This document shows positions 46,490 to 60,987 of a stretch of 64,000 nucleotides of DNA, piece by piece. The translations under genes and the position numbers were made by a program. Below the pieces are notes generated by a model. It saw nothing but the letters and a program-made list of their open reading frames with translations, did not search any database and was not told the origin of the DNA. Each line of letters begins with the position of its first letter. The stretch's first letter is position 1. The DNA is from Zootoca vivipara (Eukaryota). The stretch lies in contig NC_083288.1 of the NCBI RefSeq assembly GCF_963506605.1, positions 29,450,001-29,514,000 of the forward strand. The letters are read 5' to 3'.

Positions 46490-48394
46490 GCTTAAGACAA
46501 GCAGAGCAAAAAATGTTTTTGCCTCACATGATCTTTTTTTGCTACTTATCATATGTCAAATTTCCAGGTAACATGATCCAGCTGGCCATGGTTAGGATCC
46601 ATCCTAAGTCCTACATCTCCGGTCCAGCTATGGTCCGAAACACCCCCTTTTTAGGATTTATGTTGGTTTATGATTCACCATGCTCAGCTCAGATGACCTG
46701 ATCCCAGCTCAGCCAGAATGGTAGGGATACGCCAATATTCTTCTGGCACAGCAGGAGATGGGGAGCCATGCTGGCATGGTTTAGCTGCATAAGGAACCTC
46801 TTGTCTCAACTGCAGGTTCTAACCCTAGTCATCCCAGTGGATCTTGCTGTAAGATTGCTAATTAAACTGGCTACAATCTGGAATTTCTGGTGGGGAGATC
46901 AGTCACACAGTACTTAGGTAGCCTGTAGAATTCACTGGACGTGGTGATGGCCACCAATTTAGAAAGCCTTAAAATGGAAATTATAAGAATTAATCCTGGA
47001 GAATGAGATTATCAATGACTGTCATGCTCAGTACTCATCAATGGTTATCATTATGCTACATTCATGTTTAAAGACACTATTCTGCTGAATAGAATTTGTT
47101 GCTTGGAGAAGCAACAGTAGTAGGAGAAGCAACAGTTGGCATTTCTATAATTATAGGCCAAGTAGCAGAAGTCTCTTTGGGATGTATTTATGGGCTTTTC
47201 CTCCTTGTTATTTTAGCAGACTTCAGGTATACAGTGCAATGAGTATATGAACTGGCCCTTAAGTTCTTGCACTTTCCTAACACAGCAAGAACAAACAGGA
47301 GCCATATAGGATCATTGGATCCCACAACTAAATACTGGTGATTCTGCAAATTAGTGCATTTTTAAGATGTAGACCATTCAGCTTGGTAGTAGCAAGAGTG
47401 ATATTTTTTAGAGAACTGAATTCATCCATAAGGAACTGCTTAACAAGAACATATGCTGCTGAGAAAGGAAAAATGCTTCTGACATCCCAGGTGTTCACAG
47501 AACTGAACTAAAGTACGCTGAGAAGATTTCCTGTACAGTGCTGATTTTTCCTTCCTCATTCACTGTTTAAAATATGTACTTCTCCAGTTTCTCATTCACT
47601 GTTTAAAATATGTACTCCAGTTTCTTGTTTTTTGTACCTTAAATAAAAAAGGTGCAACTTTATTCTAATGATTCTTTATTCTTATGAATTGTTTGTGTTA
47701 AATGTTTCAAATGTATTCATTGGCAATAGAGCCATCAGGTTTCATCAATAAAGAGGTTGAATTATGGCAAATTTATTATTAATAGTATGTTTACCTTGAT
47801 TCTTGTGTCTTATGTTGCTTTAACAGTCAGGAATATTATTTTTGTATTGAAATCAAGGAAACCCAATGAAATATTATATTTTATTAAATGCAATAAAATA
47901 TGTAAATATAAACACAAGCAAACAAGTCAGTTGACAGAGAGCTCCAGGCAATCGTGCTTCTCTGAAAACCCTACCATCCAGAATGCACAATACTATACAA
48001 TATAAGCTATGATGCACACTATTTTAGAAAGCTTCAAAAGTGATCTTGACACATTGATAAATAGAGGCCAATTCATGGGATCACAATCAGGAGAGATATA
48101 GAGGGGCAATATCCTTTTTCATTGTTGGGGAGCCTAAATAGGATAGGGCTATGTATTGATGACTTGCTTTTGAATTCACCAGATGTATTTAGTAGGACTG
48201 TGCAACTGTTAAATTCTAATACAAGACCACTGACAAAATAGTGGAGAATGCCAGAGTATATTATAATACTAAGAATAGTTGGTTGATAGTAGATAGCAGA
48301 ATACTGCTGGAAGAATACTGAAGCTAATTGAACAAAACAAAAACAAAACAAAACCCAACAACAGTTCATTTATTGTAAAGAAAAGACGACAACT

Positions 48395-48633
48395 TATGCC
48401 ACTCTTGATGAATTAGAGAAAGGATTCTAAGTTAAGACATTGTAAATCTCCAAGGTACAACTCCATGATGCAAGTTATGCATCACCTTGGTGATTCACAA
48501 CTTTATGACTATTATTAGGAGCAGAGATGAAACACTCTCCTCTTCACAGTACACACTTCTGCAAATCAAATTTAGTCTCAGGTACAGATGCATTGCCATC
48601 TTCAAAGAGGATCAACTTCAGATTGAGGTGAGC
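48395..48633 (+). promoter_or_regulatory. Candidate promoter/5' non-coding exon of OR 53471
   Basis: Paralog of 38395-38706; donor GAG|GTGAGC at 48628. Confidence 0.5.
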
Positions 48634-51600
48634 ATTTTAATAAATTATGTCCAGAATGAAATAAAGGTCTGATCAAAATTTAATGATGCTAAGAGAAGAG
48701 CCATTTAAAAAGAAATGCTTTTTGTTAGCCATGACTAATGGCTGTCACATTGATTGCAATTGATCTGCACTAAGCATGTCTAAGTCTGGTTCAATATTTC
48801 ACTTCTAACAATGGTATAACGTGTCTGAAACTTTAGTATTAATCTGATAATATTTCATCACGATAATGCATTTCAAAATGTTATCAAAATGTAAAATTTG
48901 TTTGCACACTCCTATTGAGGAATGACAACAGCACTGAATGGTATTTGTAACTTTCAGGAAAGGAAAATCATAAATATATATACAAGCTTTACATTTAACA
49001 TACACAAGTCTGATTTAGGATTTATTTTTTGCAGAAGAAGCATTAAAGAAATTTCCGTATAAGCATGTATTGACATTAGGCATAAATTGAGATTTCCATT
49101 GTAACGTTAAAAAGATATATGCTATGAGTGAGAACCTCTGGCCCTCTCATCACCCCAGCCAGGATGGCTGATGATCAGGGGTGATGGCACACTTGCAGTT
49201 CAAAAAATGATGGAGGGTCATAGTTTACTTACTCCTGATACAGAGCACAATCCGTTGCTGGTTAACTCCTCACAAGCCTCTCTGTCTTTAATTCTGCTTA
49301 CTGCCAGGTAAATCTGCATAAGATTACACCTTGGGCTACAAACGTATGCATGTTTACTTGGGAATAACTCCCACTGAAGTCAAAAGGATTGGGTTATATC
49401 TAAGCACATTGATGTTTACATTGTCAGTAAATTTAGAATGAGCTCTATTTGGATGAAATGAGAAGGAAAGAGAATAACTGAATGTACTGAGAATAGAAAC
49501 AGGGATTGATATTTATTTATGTGGTGTTTGGGCAGTATAGAGTTGCATCCTTTAAAAAAGGAATCAAAAGACTGCAAATAATTACCTTCCATAAATACAG
49601 GGAAAGACTGAACAGAGGTAGACAATGTTGCGTCTTCCGGACATTTTGGACTACAACTACCATTAGCCCGAGTCAACATGGCCTGTGGTCAGGAATGATG
49701 GGAGTTGCATAACAAAAAATGTCTGGGGTGGAATGATGATGGCTTCCCTGACATAGGATGTGGGAGCTAAACTGTCAAAGCCCAGCTATGCCAGGAACAT
49801 TCTGATGTGGCCAGAAATCTTTTTAATCTGAACCCCTTTCATTTTAATGGATGCTGCTTACTGGTAAATGGATGTTCTCTTAAATGAAATGCAAACCTTT
49901 TCTTCTTCTTGGCCAGCAGTATCAATTGTCCTAGTTGCTGCCCATTGGCGGCCAGGAAGAGAATAGTCCAGCTATCACTCAGCATGCTCAGTACATGATC
50001 AAGTCCCTTAAGGCAACTCACTGAGCATAAAGCGCTGCCTTGAAGGATTTGATATTGAACCAGGTTTCCTGAGGGGTCTGATTATTTCAAAGTGAAACAG
50101 CAATACAATATTGGACGACTCCCAAATTCTTATCCTTTGCTAAAGATGGAAAGACCCTGACCACCCTCAGAATCAACCCTATGTTTATTTATGAATCCTC
50201 CCAGCTTTCAACTATCAATGTCTTTTACAACAAGCCTGGTATAATAAATTGTATTTACTTGCCTCATGTAAGTCAGCTATGAATAAGCCATGGAAAATGA
50301 GTTTTACAAAAGTTTGTGGCTTGCACCCTAAACAATCATACCTCTTTCCCTAACAAAAGAAGCCTAGAATATAACATTTACAGTTAAAATGTAGCTACAG
50401 TTAGCAGTTAAGATGTTTACTGCAATCAATACGGTAGACAACTAAAATTCCCAAGCTTTCTGAAATTACTCCATTTTATTTCTGAAGCTTTTAATTCCTC
50501 TTGGTTTCATGTTTTCAACGTTATTTATGATACATATTATGTTTCCTAGTCTATTTTTACATCACTCTGACTTTTTTAAAAATTGTACAGCAGGTTATGC
50601 ATTATAAAGTAAAATAAAATAAATAAATCTGGTATATCCATAAGCACCAGATTATTTATTTATTAATTTGTCCATTATGGGACAAAATAAGAATTCCCCA
50701 TAAACAATGAAAACATGTTTCACTTCGAGAGGAAGAGAATTCCAGTTGTTTGTTCATGGCAGTAAGCCTCTTAATTTTTAACTTCAAAGTTGTTGCAGTT
50801 AAAACACCTTCCCACAAAAAAGGGCTCATCCACACTTACCTTTGCTCCACCTTTGTAGGCACAAGCCTGGGCTTTCCAGCTCCAACACTTTCCCCACGAA
50901 AACCCACTCTTGGAAGCTGAATCAGAGCAAATGAAAATCCATGGAAAACCCAAATTACTGTTTGTTCAGATACAGTATGAGAGAGCAAGTTTTCCTGGGG
51001 AAAGCAGTGGGGCAAAAGGGGGGGGGGGCTTGGACACAGACTCGGACACATAGAACTGTGCCAAGAAAGTGTGTGGCGAAAGGAAAGTGTGGATGAACCA
51101 AAATATAGCTTTAAACGACAATAACTTTGAAGTTTTCAATATGTGTGCCTTGATTTCTTTATGAAAAGAACTGGGCCCATTCAACAGCAATGGGATGAGA
51201 TTGCTATTTAGTGATGGAGCGCAAAATGGTATTTTCAGCAAAGCATGAGAAAGATTCTTGTCTAAATCCCTGGAGCATTGGTGCTAATCATTGCAGGACC
51301 ATGTTCTGAACTGTTATAAGGTTTTTATTTTTTAACCCAATGCTTTCATGGGTTAAAATGTTTTCATTTGTATCAATTTTAATTCAATTGTAACATTCAA
51401 AGCTACTGAGTCTTCCCCTTCCTTCTTCTCAGCCACAACATGCGAGTACTGATAAACTATTACAGACTTGTTAACACTTAGTGGCTTCATTGTTAGCATA
51501 GTAGCTGATATTTTACTGCAGAGTGCAAAATTTGTGGCCTTCCACATACCAGTAATCTCATATAATGGGGATGAGCACAGGAGTGGATGAGAGCTGCTGT

Positions 51601-51974
51601 CAACAATATCCAGAGTGTCTAATTTATCTCCACATAGGGGTAAACAATGTAGTAAATAGCAGTGGCACTCGACCGCTCTGTCATGTAAATCCAAATATTA
51701 CAACAAATGTATTACAACAAATGTTCAAAAAGGACCCAATATATGTGATCTCATGAAGTGTGAAGTCCATAAGTAGATGCAAGCAGAACAAGGTTTTCCG
51801 GAATAAAAACAACCTGTTTCGCCTTTTGGCTTCTACAGCCGCTTGAGGCCTAAGTGATGTAAAAAGATGCGGATGAAAATCTCTTCTTATACATTCATAT
51901 AACAAAATGATCTATTCAATATTGTATTATAAATACATACCAACATAAGATTATAACCAGGAATACCACAAGTA

Positions 51975-53085
51975 TTTCTTTTTTTAAAAAATATTTTTTT
52001 ATTAAACATTTTATAACAAACAAACAAAAAATACATAAAATACCAAAAATACAAAGAACATCATTACAACAAAAAAAAACATCAATACAAACAAAAACAT
52101 AAACATATCATCTTTAATCAACTTTTTAAATCATTGTCTTTTTGGCTTCCCCAACTCCCCACTATCTGATTTTTATTTTGAATATCACTGTAGCAGTTTC
52201 TATTTCATCTCTTTTACTTCCTTCATACTATAATCTCCTTAGTTCCTCTTAATCTCGTCTTTATATTTGCATATCAATTTTTCAACCTTATAAACTCCTC
52301 TTATCTCCCTATTGCCTTAACTTCTGTATTTCCCTAGATGTTCAGATTTTCAACTTTCAAAAGTAATTCCCTATATATATTTTAAACTTTCTCCAGTCTC
52401 CCTCCACTCTTTCCCCTGCTTGATCTCGGAGTCTTCCTGTCAGCTCTGCCAGTTCCATAAAGTCCAGCATTTTCATTTGCCATTCCTGTAAAGAGGGCAA
52501 TTCCTCTTTTTTCCAATATTTTGCAATTAAAATCCTCGCAGCTGTGGTGGCATACATAAACAGATTGACATCTTTTTTGGGGATTTCTTCCCCTACTATT
52601 CCAAGTAAAAAGGCCTCTGGTTTTTTCAAAAACGTATTTTTATATATCTTTTTCATTTCATTATAAATCATTTCCCAGAAGCCTTTTATCTTGGGGCATG
52701 TCCACCACATATGATAGAATGAACCAACTTCTTCTTTACATTTCCAGCATTTATTATCACCTTTGTGATACATTTTCGCTAATTTTACCGGAGTCAAATA
52801 CCATCTATACATCATTTTCATTAAATTCTCTTTCAGCGCCGTGCATGCCGTAAATTTCATACCCTTCTTCCACAATTTTTCCCAATCCGACATCATTACA
52901 TTATGACCCAAATCCTTGGCCCAATCAATCATAACCGATTTTGTTTGCTCATCTTTCAGATGCCATTCTAACAATAAATTATACATTCTGGACAAATTCT
53001 TGCTGTCTGTCTCTATTAACTCTGTTTCTAGTTTCGATTTTTCTGATTGAAATCCTATTTTTTAATCTATCTTGAATGCTTATTT
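51975..53085 (-). mobile_element. L1 3' portion
   Basis: ORF 52357-52995 with RWYLTP, CWKC, HMWWTCP, YATTAAR; A-rich tail near 51980-52000. Confidence 0.92.
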
Positions 53086-53470
53086 CTAAGGTTGTAAACC
53101 CCTTCACAATCTGGTGAGGTACATCCTTTCTTCAACGTAATGAAATCTACAAAATGTACATAAATGCAATGATATCGTACAACTTATGCTCCCTCTTAAA
53201 GTTTGTTGGATTTTTTTTCTTTTTTCTTTTCTTTTTCTTTTTTCTTTTTGGTAGCTCAAATAATAATTTACATTCCATAATATTATGTCACCTATTTTAC
53301 TCAAAATTCTTAAATTATGCTTGATATTTCTAAGGGCAATAAAAATGACTTACTTGAACTTCAATATGCATGCTATAATTCTATAATCATGAAAAAATGC
53401 TTCCCCTTTGCAGAATCACCACCTTAAACAAGCTTACTGTTCACTCCACAGAATATTGGAAAGAAATTAA

Positions 53471-54406
53471 ATGACCAACCAAACTACTGCAACAGAGTTC
53501 CTTCTGATGGCATTTTCGGATGATCGTGATGCGCAGGTTTTGCATTCCGTGGTGTTTGTCTTCATTTACTTAACAGCCTTGGTGGGGAATTTTCTCATCT
53601 TGACTACTGTGGCCCTAGACCACCACCTACACAGCCCCATGTATTTCTTTTTGACAAGCTTGTCATTTTTAGATGTTTGCTATATCTCTACTACTGTACC
53701 CAAATCCATAGCCATTTCACTGACAAACAACAAATTGATTTCTTTTGCTGGGTGTGTCACACAGGTCTTCCTAGTGATCACATTTGCTGGAACTGAGATT
53801 GCCTTGCTCACTATCATGGCTTATGACCGTTATGTAGCAATCAGCTACCCACTTCAATATAGCCAAATCATGAACTGGGAGGCCTGCATTCAAATGGCAG
53901 CTGCTTCCTGGATAAGCAACGCGGTTCATGCAATATTGGAAACCACAGTCACGTTTAGATTAAGCTTCTGCCGCTCCAATATTATTGGGCAGGTTTTCTG
54001 TGATTTGCCTCAGTTACAAAAGATTTCCTGCAGCGATACTAAAGTTAGTGAAGTTTTGCCCTTTGTCTTTGGGCTCAGTGTGTCCTCCTTTTGTATTGTG
54101 TTCATCTTTGTTTCTTATGGCTTCATCTTCTCAGTTGTACTGAGGATTCCATCAGCTCAAGGCAGGTATAAAGCTTTCTCTACCTGCACTCCCCACCTGA
54201 CAGTCTTTTCTTTATTTATGATCACAGCTGTGTTTTCCTACCTGAGACCTAAATCACTTTCCTCCCCTGCTGTGGACTTGGTTTCTGCTGTATTGTATAC
54301 CGTGTTGCCACCGGTTCTGAATCCCATCATTTACAGCTTCAGAAACAAGGACATACAGAACGCAGTGTGGCTAATACCTAAAAGAATTAAAAGTCTCATT
54401 GCGTAA
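53471..54406 (+). CDS. Olfactory receptor, family-14-like (311 aa), intact; paralog of 43498
   Basis: LHSPMYFFL, MAYDRYVAIS, KAFSTC, PVLNPIIYSFRN. Confidence 0.98.
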   Translation: MTNQTTATEFLLMAFSDDRDAQVLHSVVFVFIYLTALVGNFLILTTVALDHHLHSPMYFFLTSLSFLDVCYISTTVPKSIAISLTNNKLISFAGCVTQVFLVITFAGTEIALLTIMAYDRYVAISYPLQYSQIMNWEACIQMAAASWISNAVHAILETTVTFRLSFCRSNIIGQVFCDLPQLQKISCSDTKVSEVLPFVFGLSVSSFCIVFIFVSYGFIFSVVLRIPSAQGRYKAFSTCTPHLTVFSLFMITAVFSYLRPKSLSSPAVDLVSAVLYTVLPPVLNPIIYSFRNKDIQNAVWLIPKRIKSLIA

Positions 54407-54548
54407 CTGAACACAGGAAGGCTTTTTTTGTAAACATTACATCTGGAAAGGCCAAATGAAAAACTGACTTTGTACTTTAAAGGAAACATCCTAAGCATAA
54501 GAATCTGAAATAAAACAACCCAACATACCCTAAGTCAGCATAAAGTAC

Positions 54549-54584
<36 letters not shown>

Positions 54585-54589
54585 GGCCA

Positions 54590-55015
54590 AGTACATTTTC
54601 CAACATACTTGGAATTTGTTTCGGCTACATTGCAATGTAAACATACACACACTGTTCCACTCACAATACAAAAAAGCAAAGAAACCCACCCATAATTGAC
54701 CTCCCCTTCAGCTACACATCTACAAATTTAACAATTTAATGACACAAGGGAAAAAACTGTTCCTGTGCCTGGCCAGTTTTGTATATAAAGACCTGTAGCG
54801 ACGTCCAGATGGGAGTAAATCTAGCAGATGATGGCAGGGGTGTAAAGGATCTGCTGCAATTCTCTCTGCTCTCTTCTTAACTCTGGTAGCATAGATTGTC
54901 TCTATTGTAGGCAAGCTAGCACAAATTACCCTTTCTACAATTCTTACAACTCGGAGCCTTTTCTTGTCTGTCTTGGAGGCTGTACCATACCAAGCAGTAA
55001 TAGAATTACAGAGAA
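54590..55015 (-). mobile_element. Rex1/Babar LINE 3' fragment
   Basis: DPLHPCHHLLDLLPSGRRYRSL...RNSFFP..IKLLN, the diagnostic Rex/Babar ORF end; (AAT)n tail near 54551-54583. Confidence 0.85.
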
Positions 55016-55234
55016 CATCAGATCCAAATGCTGTTCAGGGCACAGCTAATGCTGGTTTAGATGACTTAAGCCTGGCAGAGGGAAAATAGGCCATTAAAAT
55101 GGTTTTTGAGTCAAAGCATCCTTTTAGCTTATGTTGGGCTACCAGGTCACATGACTGAGCTGACCGTACTTACGGTACATTCCAACCAAAGTCCTTCATC
55201 TCTAGTCTCCAACCCCCATCCCTAGAATAATATA

Positions 55235-55652
55235 TAATAAAGTTTATTGTGAGGACCAAGCCTTTACACAATTATCTACAGATATCTACACAACAATATT
55301 AAAACAATATTAAAATTCATTGCATACCCCAGCAATGACCTCATCCCACAAAACAAAAAGAAGAGTGAATTATGACAACATTAAAGGGGTCTTTTCCTTG
55401 TCAGCCAAAAAACTTTCCCTAGTTTTCATGGCCTTCATCACATAGACCACCAGCACTTGGGAAATCTGTGGATTGACATCTACTAATAAGAATTTTATGC
55501 AATCTTCAGGGTTATTTATCGAATTGGGTATGGTTTGCAGAATCCCACCTCTAAAGCTCAAGTAAAGAGGACAGTGAAGAATGTAATGTATAAGGTCCTC
55601 TTTAGTTCTCATGGGGCAAGGGCACAGATGGTGCTCTACTGGAATTCTGGCA
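55235..55652 (-). mobile_element. RTE-X-like LINE 3' fragment
   Basis: LCPC...EDLIHYILHCPLY; aataaa tail. Confidence 0.75.
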
Positions 55653-55655
55653 GCC

Positions 55656-55689
<34 letters not shown>

Positions 55690-57423
55690 TATTTATACAC
55701 CGCCCATCTGACTAGCTTTCCCCAGCCACTCTTTTTGGGTACTTACACCAGCTTAAAGTACACAGGGCTTGGCTCAGGCCATTAGGTTTAGCCGGGATTA
55801 GCCAGGATGGAGGACACAGCCAGCATATCTGTGGATCAGCAGAGGATAGGGAATTATGATTCAATAACATACATGCACAAGGAGCCTCCTGGCTCATCTG
55901 GAGATCTGTGGGATCCTAACCTGACTCACGCAGGTGGATGTTGCTATAAGATTGCTCCCTAAAAGGATACATACCAGAACTCCTTCTGGACCACACAGTA
56001 TATAATTAACCTATGGAATGAATGTGCACTAAATATGGTGAAGGAAACAACTTACATTTCTTTTAAAAGTCTTAAAGGCAGTATGCCACTGAATTGGAGG
56101 AGGCAGTAGGTATTTCTATAATCCTAGTTCAAGTAGCAGAAATTCATTTTGGATACATTTGTGGGCTTTCCCCCTCTGTTCCCCCGCCCCCCAAGTCTGC
56201 AGGGATACTATGATATGCATCCTTGGTATATGTTGACCTTTCTTCAACTCAAACAACATGACAGAAGGAAACAGGAGCCGTTTATAAGCATTGGTCCCAT
56301 ATTTGAATATAGGTGATTTTCCAAATTATCGCAAATGATATTAATCGTTCAATGAAGCATAATGCAGCTGACATTGCAGGTGTTCATAGAAATCCCCTGA
56401 ATAACATTGAGAATATTTCCTGCACTGTGTTGACTTCACCCTTCTTATTCATACCACTGTGTCAAATTTGTACTTTTCTGGTTCCTTGATTTTTTTTACC
56501 CTTGTTTTTTTCCTTTCTCTTATGACAAGGCACAGCATTTTTTCTTATGAATTGTTTGTATTAAATATTGCAAATATTAAATATTCATTGACAATGTAAC
56601 CACCAGGTTTCATCAATAAATAGGCTGAATGATAACATATTTATTATTTGTAGTTTATTTATCAAGTCCCTTCTATTTTGTTTATTTTTTTGTTTGAATA
56701 GCCAGGGTCTTTTCCCCCTTGTTTTGATTTGCTTTAGAAACCTGGGTTTGTCACTCAGTGAACACTTGACAGGGAGCTTGAGGCAATCTCAGCTCTCTGA
56801 AAAGTCTACCATCTATTACACAGAAGTATGATCCAACATAAGGTATCATGGTGACCACTATCTTAGATGGCTTCAAAATAGAGTTAAACACATTAATGGG
56901 TGATCCTAATCTATCAAGTAATCCTAATCATGATGGCTATATCAAACTTTTAACTTTAGATAAGTAGCAAACTGTTGCGCGGCACATCCCAACCTTTGGG
57001 CAATGTGAGATTCCAAGGGTTCCTGGTGCTCAATGCAGGGTTTGTGTTTCCTTTTGGAAAGAGGCAAAGTAGATACTGTAGTGTCTTTACGATATATGGC
57101 TTGTTCACACACATATACAGCCTGAGCCTGCAATGGAGGGGTTCCCAGCATTAACACCCAAAAGGTTCTTGTTTCTCCCTAGTCACAACCTGAGATTTAA
57201 AAAGAAATTAAGCATTGCTCTCAAACATTGCTCTGACTCTTTCTCCAGCTTGCTGCTTTACTCTAGGTCACATCACTTCATTCTCAACTCTGAACTCTGC
57301 TTTGTCTAACTAACCATGAATTGGGGCCCTACCCAAATTATCTTAATTTGCCATCACCCAGGCAATCACTCCAACAAAGAAAGCTAACCTGACTTACTGG
57401 AATTGTTTTTTGTAAATATTGTC

Positions 57424-57511
57424 TGCGGGAGGCAGTGGAAGACAGGAGTGCCTGGCGTGCTATGGTCCATGGGGTCACGAAGAGTCGGACACGACTAAAC
57501 GACTAAACAAC
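57424..57511 (+). mobile_element. BovB (RTE) 3' end
   Basis: ggtccatggggtcacgaagagtcggacacgactaaacgactaaacaac; TSD AAATATTGTC. Confidence 0.9.
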
Positions 57512-57786
57512 AAATATTGTCCTGTGCCTAGGAAGCATGAGTTCAAGTGGTCTTCCACTTGTCATATGCTTTCTAAGCATGGATCTGTGCAGTTTTCTGT
57601 TTGCCTTGCCACTTTCCATGTGAAAACCTGCTCCTTGACACTAAATCAGATAAAATGTCAATCCATGGAAAACCCAAATGATGTTTGCTCTGATTCAGCA
57701 GTAAAGCTTGGGTTTTCCCAGGGAAAAGCAGCAGGACAAGTGAAAGTCTGGGGGGAGTAGAGACATACATTAATAATTCTCATATA

Positions 57787-58028
57787 CAGTGGTACCTCGG
57801 ATTAAGAACTTAATTCGTTCTGGAGGTCCGTTCTTAAGCTGAAACTGTTCTTAACCTGAGGTACCACTTTAGCTAATGGGAACTCCCGCTGCCACCACGC
57901 CGCCACCACACAATTTCTGTTCTCATCCTGAAGCAAAGTTCTTAACCTGAGGTACTATTTCTGGGTTAGTGGAGTCTGTAACCTGAAGCATCTGTAACCT
58001 GAAGCGTCTGTAACCCGAGGTACCACTG
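57787..58028. mobile_element. Tc1/mariner MITE (CAGTGGTACC family)
   Basis: TA TSD, TIR CAGTGGTACCTCGG / CCGAGGTACCACTG. Confidence 0.94.
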
Positions 58029-58959
58029 TAATTGAAAGGGTAGCAGCGGGAAGCGGTGGGAGAGTTTGCTAGCAGTGGCATCACTCAGACCCCATCCTTT
58101 GCAGAGTTTGTGTCAGGAATGAGCCAGCTTCTAGTGAAACTCCACAGCCTGCTGCAGAACAGAGAGAGTTAGATCTGCAGCAGGCTGAACAGTAGCCAGT
58201 TTCCAGTGCAACTCCCACAGGCATTGGAATGCCAGTTGCCAAGAAAATGACAGAGAGTGAGCCAGAACACAGCCAGAGCTCTCTGGAAGATCAATTAGGC
58301 GCAAACAGGCAAGGGGATAGTTTGTCGGAACAGGAAGAGCTAAGACAATTAGTCCAAAAAGCTGGTGAATGGGAGGGTTGTTAGACAGGAAGCAAAACAA
58401 GAGATGTGAGAGTTGTAAGTTCAATATTGTCTGTAGATCCCAGAAGGACACTTTAGAAGGGTCAGCTTGAGTAATTATGCCGGAGGCTTTGTTAGAGCCA
58501 TCCGGAGCTATCTGTTGTTTTTTGCAATAAATCCTCCTTTTTAATTAGCTATGCTGACTGTGTTATCAAGCTGGGAACCTGGACTCCTGATGGTCTGTTA
58601 TTTCCCCTATAATTAGCAGTCACTAATCACTATCATTTATTCTCATCTCCTGTGGCTTTCCAGAAGAAAAATTGATAAGTAAGGCTATAAAAACTCCTAT
58701 ATCATTGAGATCTAGGAGTTGTGCTCTGGGCTCTCTCTGGGTTTTTTTGTTTGAGAACAAAGTGTCTGTCTTTTTTATGTTATAGTTGAGACATGACAAT
58801 TCAAGTACTAGTATTCTGTTACCAATGTGGGGGAGAAATTATCTTCAGGAAGCTTGTTGACAGAATAAACTATCACAAACTGTATCCTGTTCCATGTAAC
58901 AAGCTGCTGCTATAGAAGGACACAGGAGTTTGTGTCTAGAGACAAGCCTTGCTGTCAAA

Positions 58960-59174
58960 ATGGTGAGAACAGTGATGTTGCTGCTTCTGCTATCTCACAT
59001 GATATCCAATGTTGATACCATGCAGTGCCATATGAACGATCCTATCCATATTCCACATGAGTGGTATCTACAAGGTAGCCTTCTCATTGGTGGAATTGCT
59101 TCTCAGATAATATACATTTCTTCAGATGTTTCCTTCAGCAAACACCCTTCCCAGGATGAGTTTGATGTTCAATT
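58960..59174 (+). CDS. Vomeronasal type-2 receptor (V2R), coding exon 1
   Basis: Signal peptide MVRTVMLLLLLSHM.., HEWYLQGSLLIGGI; donor GTGAGT at 59175, phase 2. Confidence 0.88.
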
Positions 59175-60987
59175 GTGAGTAATGCAAGAAACAGACTTCT
59201 AAAACAATGCATGTATGGGGTGCGTTGTGGCAAATGAGTTTAGAGGGACAGGGAATGCACACAACCTCCTTTCATGACCACCATGTATATTGTGAAAAGG
59301 TCCAATGTGGGCCCTTGTAGCATGTTTGTCTGATATATTTGAAAGCCTCTTTGGGATCAAGATCCCTCACTTTTACTTTTCAGGAAAACACACTTGCAAG
59401 CCCCCTTCAGATCATCATGCTAAATACATAAATGTCAGTACTGAAGTGGTTGCACACCCAGACTCCTTTGGAGAAGGGATACCTCATTCACACACCAGCA
59501 TAATGTTGTGCTTATGTGTCTAGCCTGAACGCCCAAAGAGGGCTCCTATCTTTCTCAATCACTGACTTTTTAATTCTTTTGTTGCCCTCACTTCTTCACA
59601 GTATATCCACATTTCCTCCTTCCATAATGAAAAATTCTGCCTATCTTGGAATCAGAGGGTCATGTTTTCTTTACATACACCACATTTGCATATAGTCAGG
59701 TATAATATTTATAAGGTACAATAACTCTAAAAAGAATCTCAGAAATTAAAGCCTAAATAAATAAATAAGCAAAAAGCCTCATGTTTGAAAATGTTGCCTG
59801 CAAGGATATGCGGACATGAGGAAAATCAGACATGAAGATAGCAAAGATGATGGAGTAACTTATATAGAAAGTAGTGAACTTGGATTTCAAAAGGAAAGAA
59901 ACTAAGCGCTTGTCCACACCAGTACAAAATTGTGGATATTTCTTCCCATTAAATGCCCATGTCTGTGTGTTTATCATAGCTGCCAAGTTTTCCCTTTTCT
60001 CGCGAGGAAGCCTATTCAGCATAAGGGAATTTCCCTTAAAAAAAAGGGAGAACTTGGCAGCTATGGTGTTTATCTCGAACTTTTTGCAGTTTGCAAGAAT
60101 TTTAAAGGCCCACAGTAAAAGAGGGAAAGGTCTGGGACAGCACTCAGAAGTGGAGGTCATCAAGTGGATTCCCTTAGGTAGACAGGCTGGTGCAAATCCA
60201 GATTTTTCTCCACTTTGGACAAGCCTGAAAAAGATGTTTGAAAACACTGATGAGTGTCGGATCAGGAGACTAGCTTAAGTAGGAAAAGATGGAAAGATTT
60301 TGTTTGTTTTTCCTTCTCCCTTAAATGGCCCTCACTAGGAATGACAGTATGGTATCATTTACTTCAGAAAAGCTTTGCAGAGTAGTATATATTAATGCAT
60401 TTCCTTTTAAACAGAGCACAAACTAATAGAGGGCACAGTATTCATTGTAGTCGTTAAAAGCAGCAAGTCAATAGAAAGCCAAATAATCACCATATATATC
60501 TGGCTGAGTAGAGGAGAGCTCTCTCAGGGCATTTCCATGGTGGGTAGATTGGAAATAGCTCACTGATTATGCACATTGTTTACATATAAAAGGTCTCTGG
60601 TACAATCCTCAGAAATATTTGCTCACAGAAATCATTGTCTAACACCTTGGAGGATCACCTCTAGTTAGAGAAGGCAAACTAAAGCTCTGATTCCATATAT
60701 TAGTTGCATTCATTGCAACTAATGCAGCTTTTAAGTTGTACTTCACCAATTCTCTCAGTGTTGCACTGCTCTATCATCCATCTTGTCTTCATTTATCTTT
60801 CTTCCTCTGATCACCATTTTAGTTTTTCTCTGAAGTTTACTCCCCTCCCATTTAATTCTAACAAATTTATGACATTTGTGTGAATAGACTTGTTTTAATT
60901 AAATGTAGAGTGGGCCATCACAGTGCTAAAATGATTTATATGAATTGTAGAATCCTCTTGTGAAAGAGAATGTATCTCCATTTGCAG

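Noticed and set aside
45242-46571. Multiple long ORFs (up to 233 aa) on both strands
   Set aside because: Low stop-codon density inside a GC-rich non-autonomous hAT; no transposase motifs
50880-51010. Similarity to 57605-57735 (aatccatggaaaacccaaat)
   Set aside because: Looks like an old dispersed palindromic repeat; family and boundaries cannot be supported
58030-58600. Possible solo LTR upstream of the V2R
   Set aside because: Has AATAAA and LTR-like composition, but I could not find TG..CA ends with a TSD
59753-60278. Overlapping 164-aa (-) and 134-aa (+) ORFs in V2R intron 1
   Set aside because: No recognisable motifs; the region is an imperfect palindrome (gccaagtttt ccc.../gggagaacttggc), probably an old MITE
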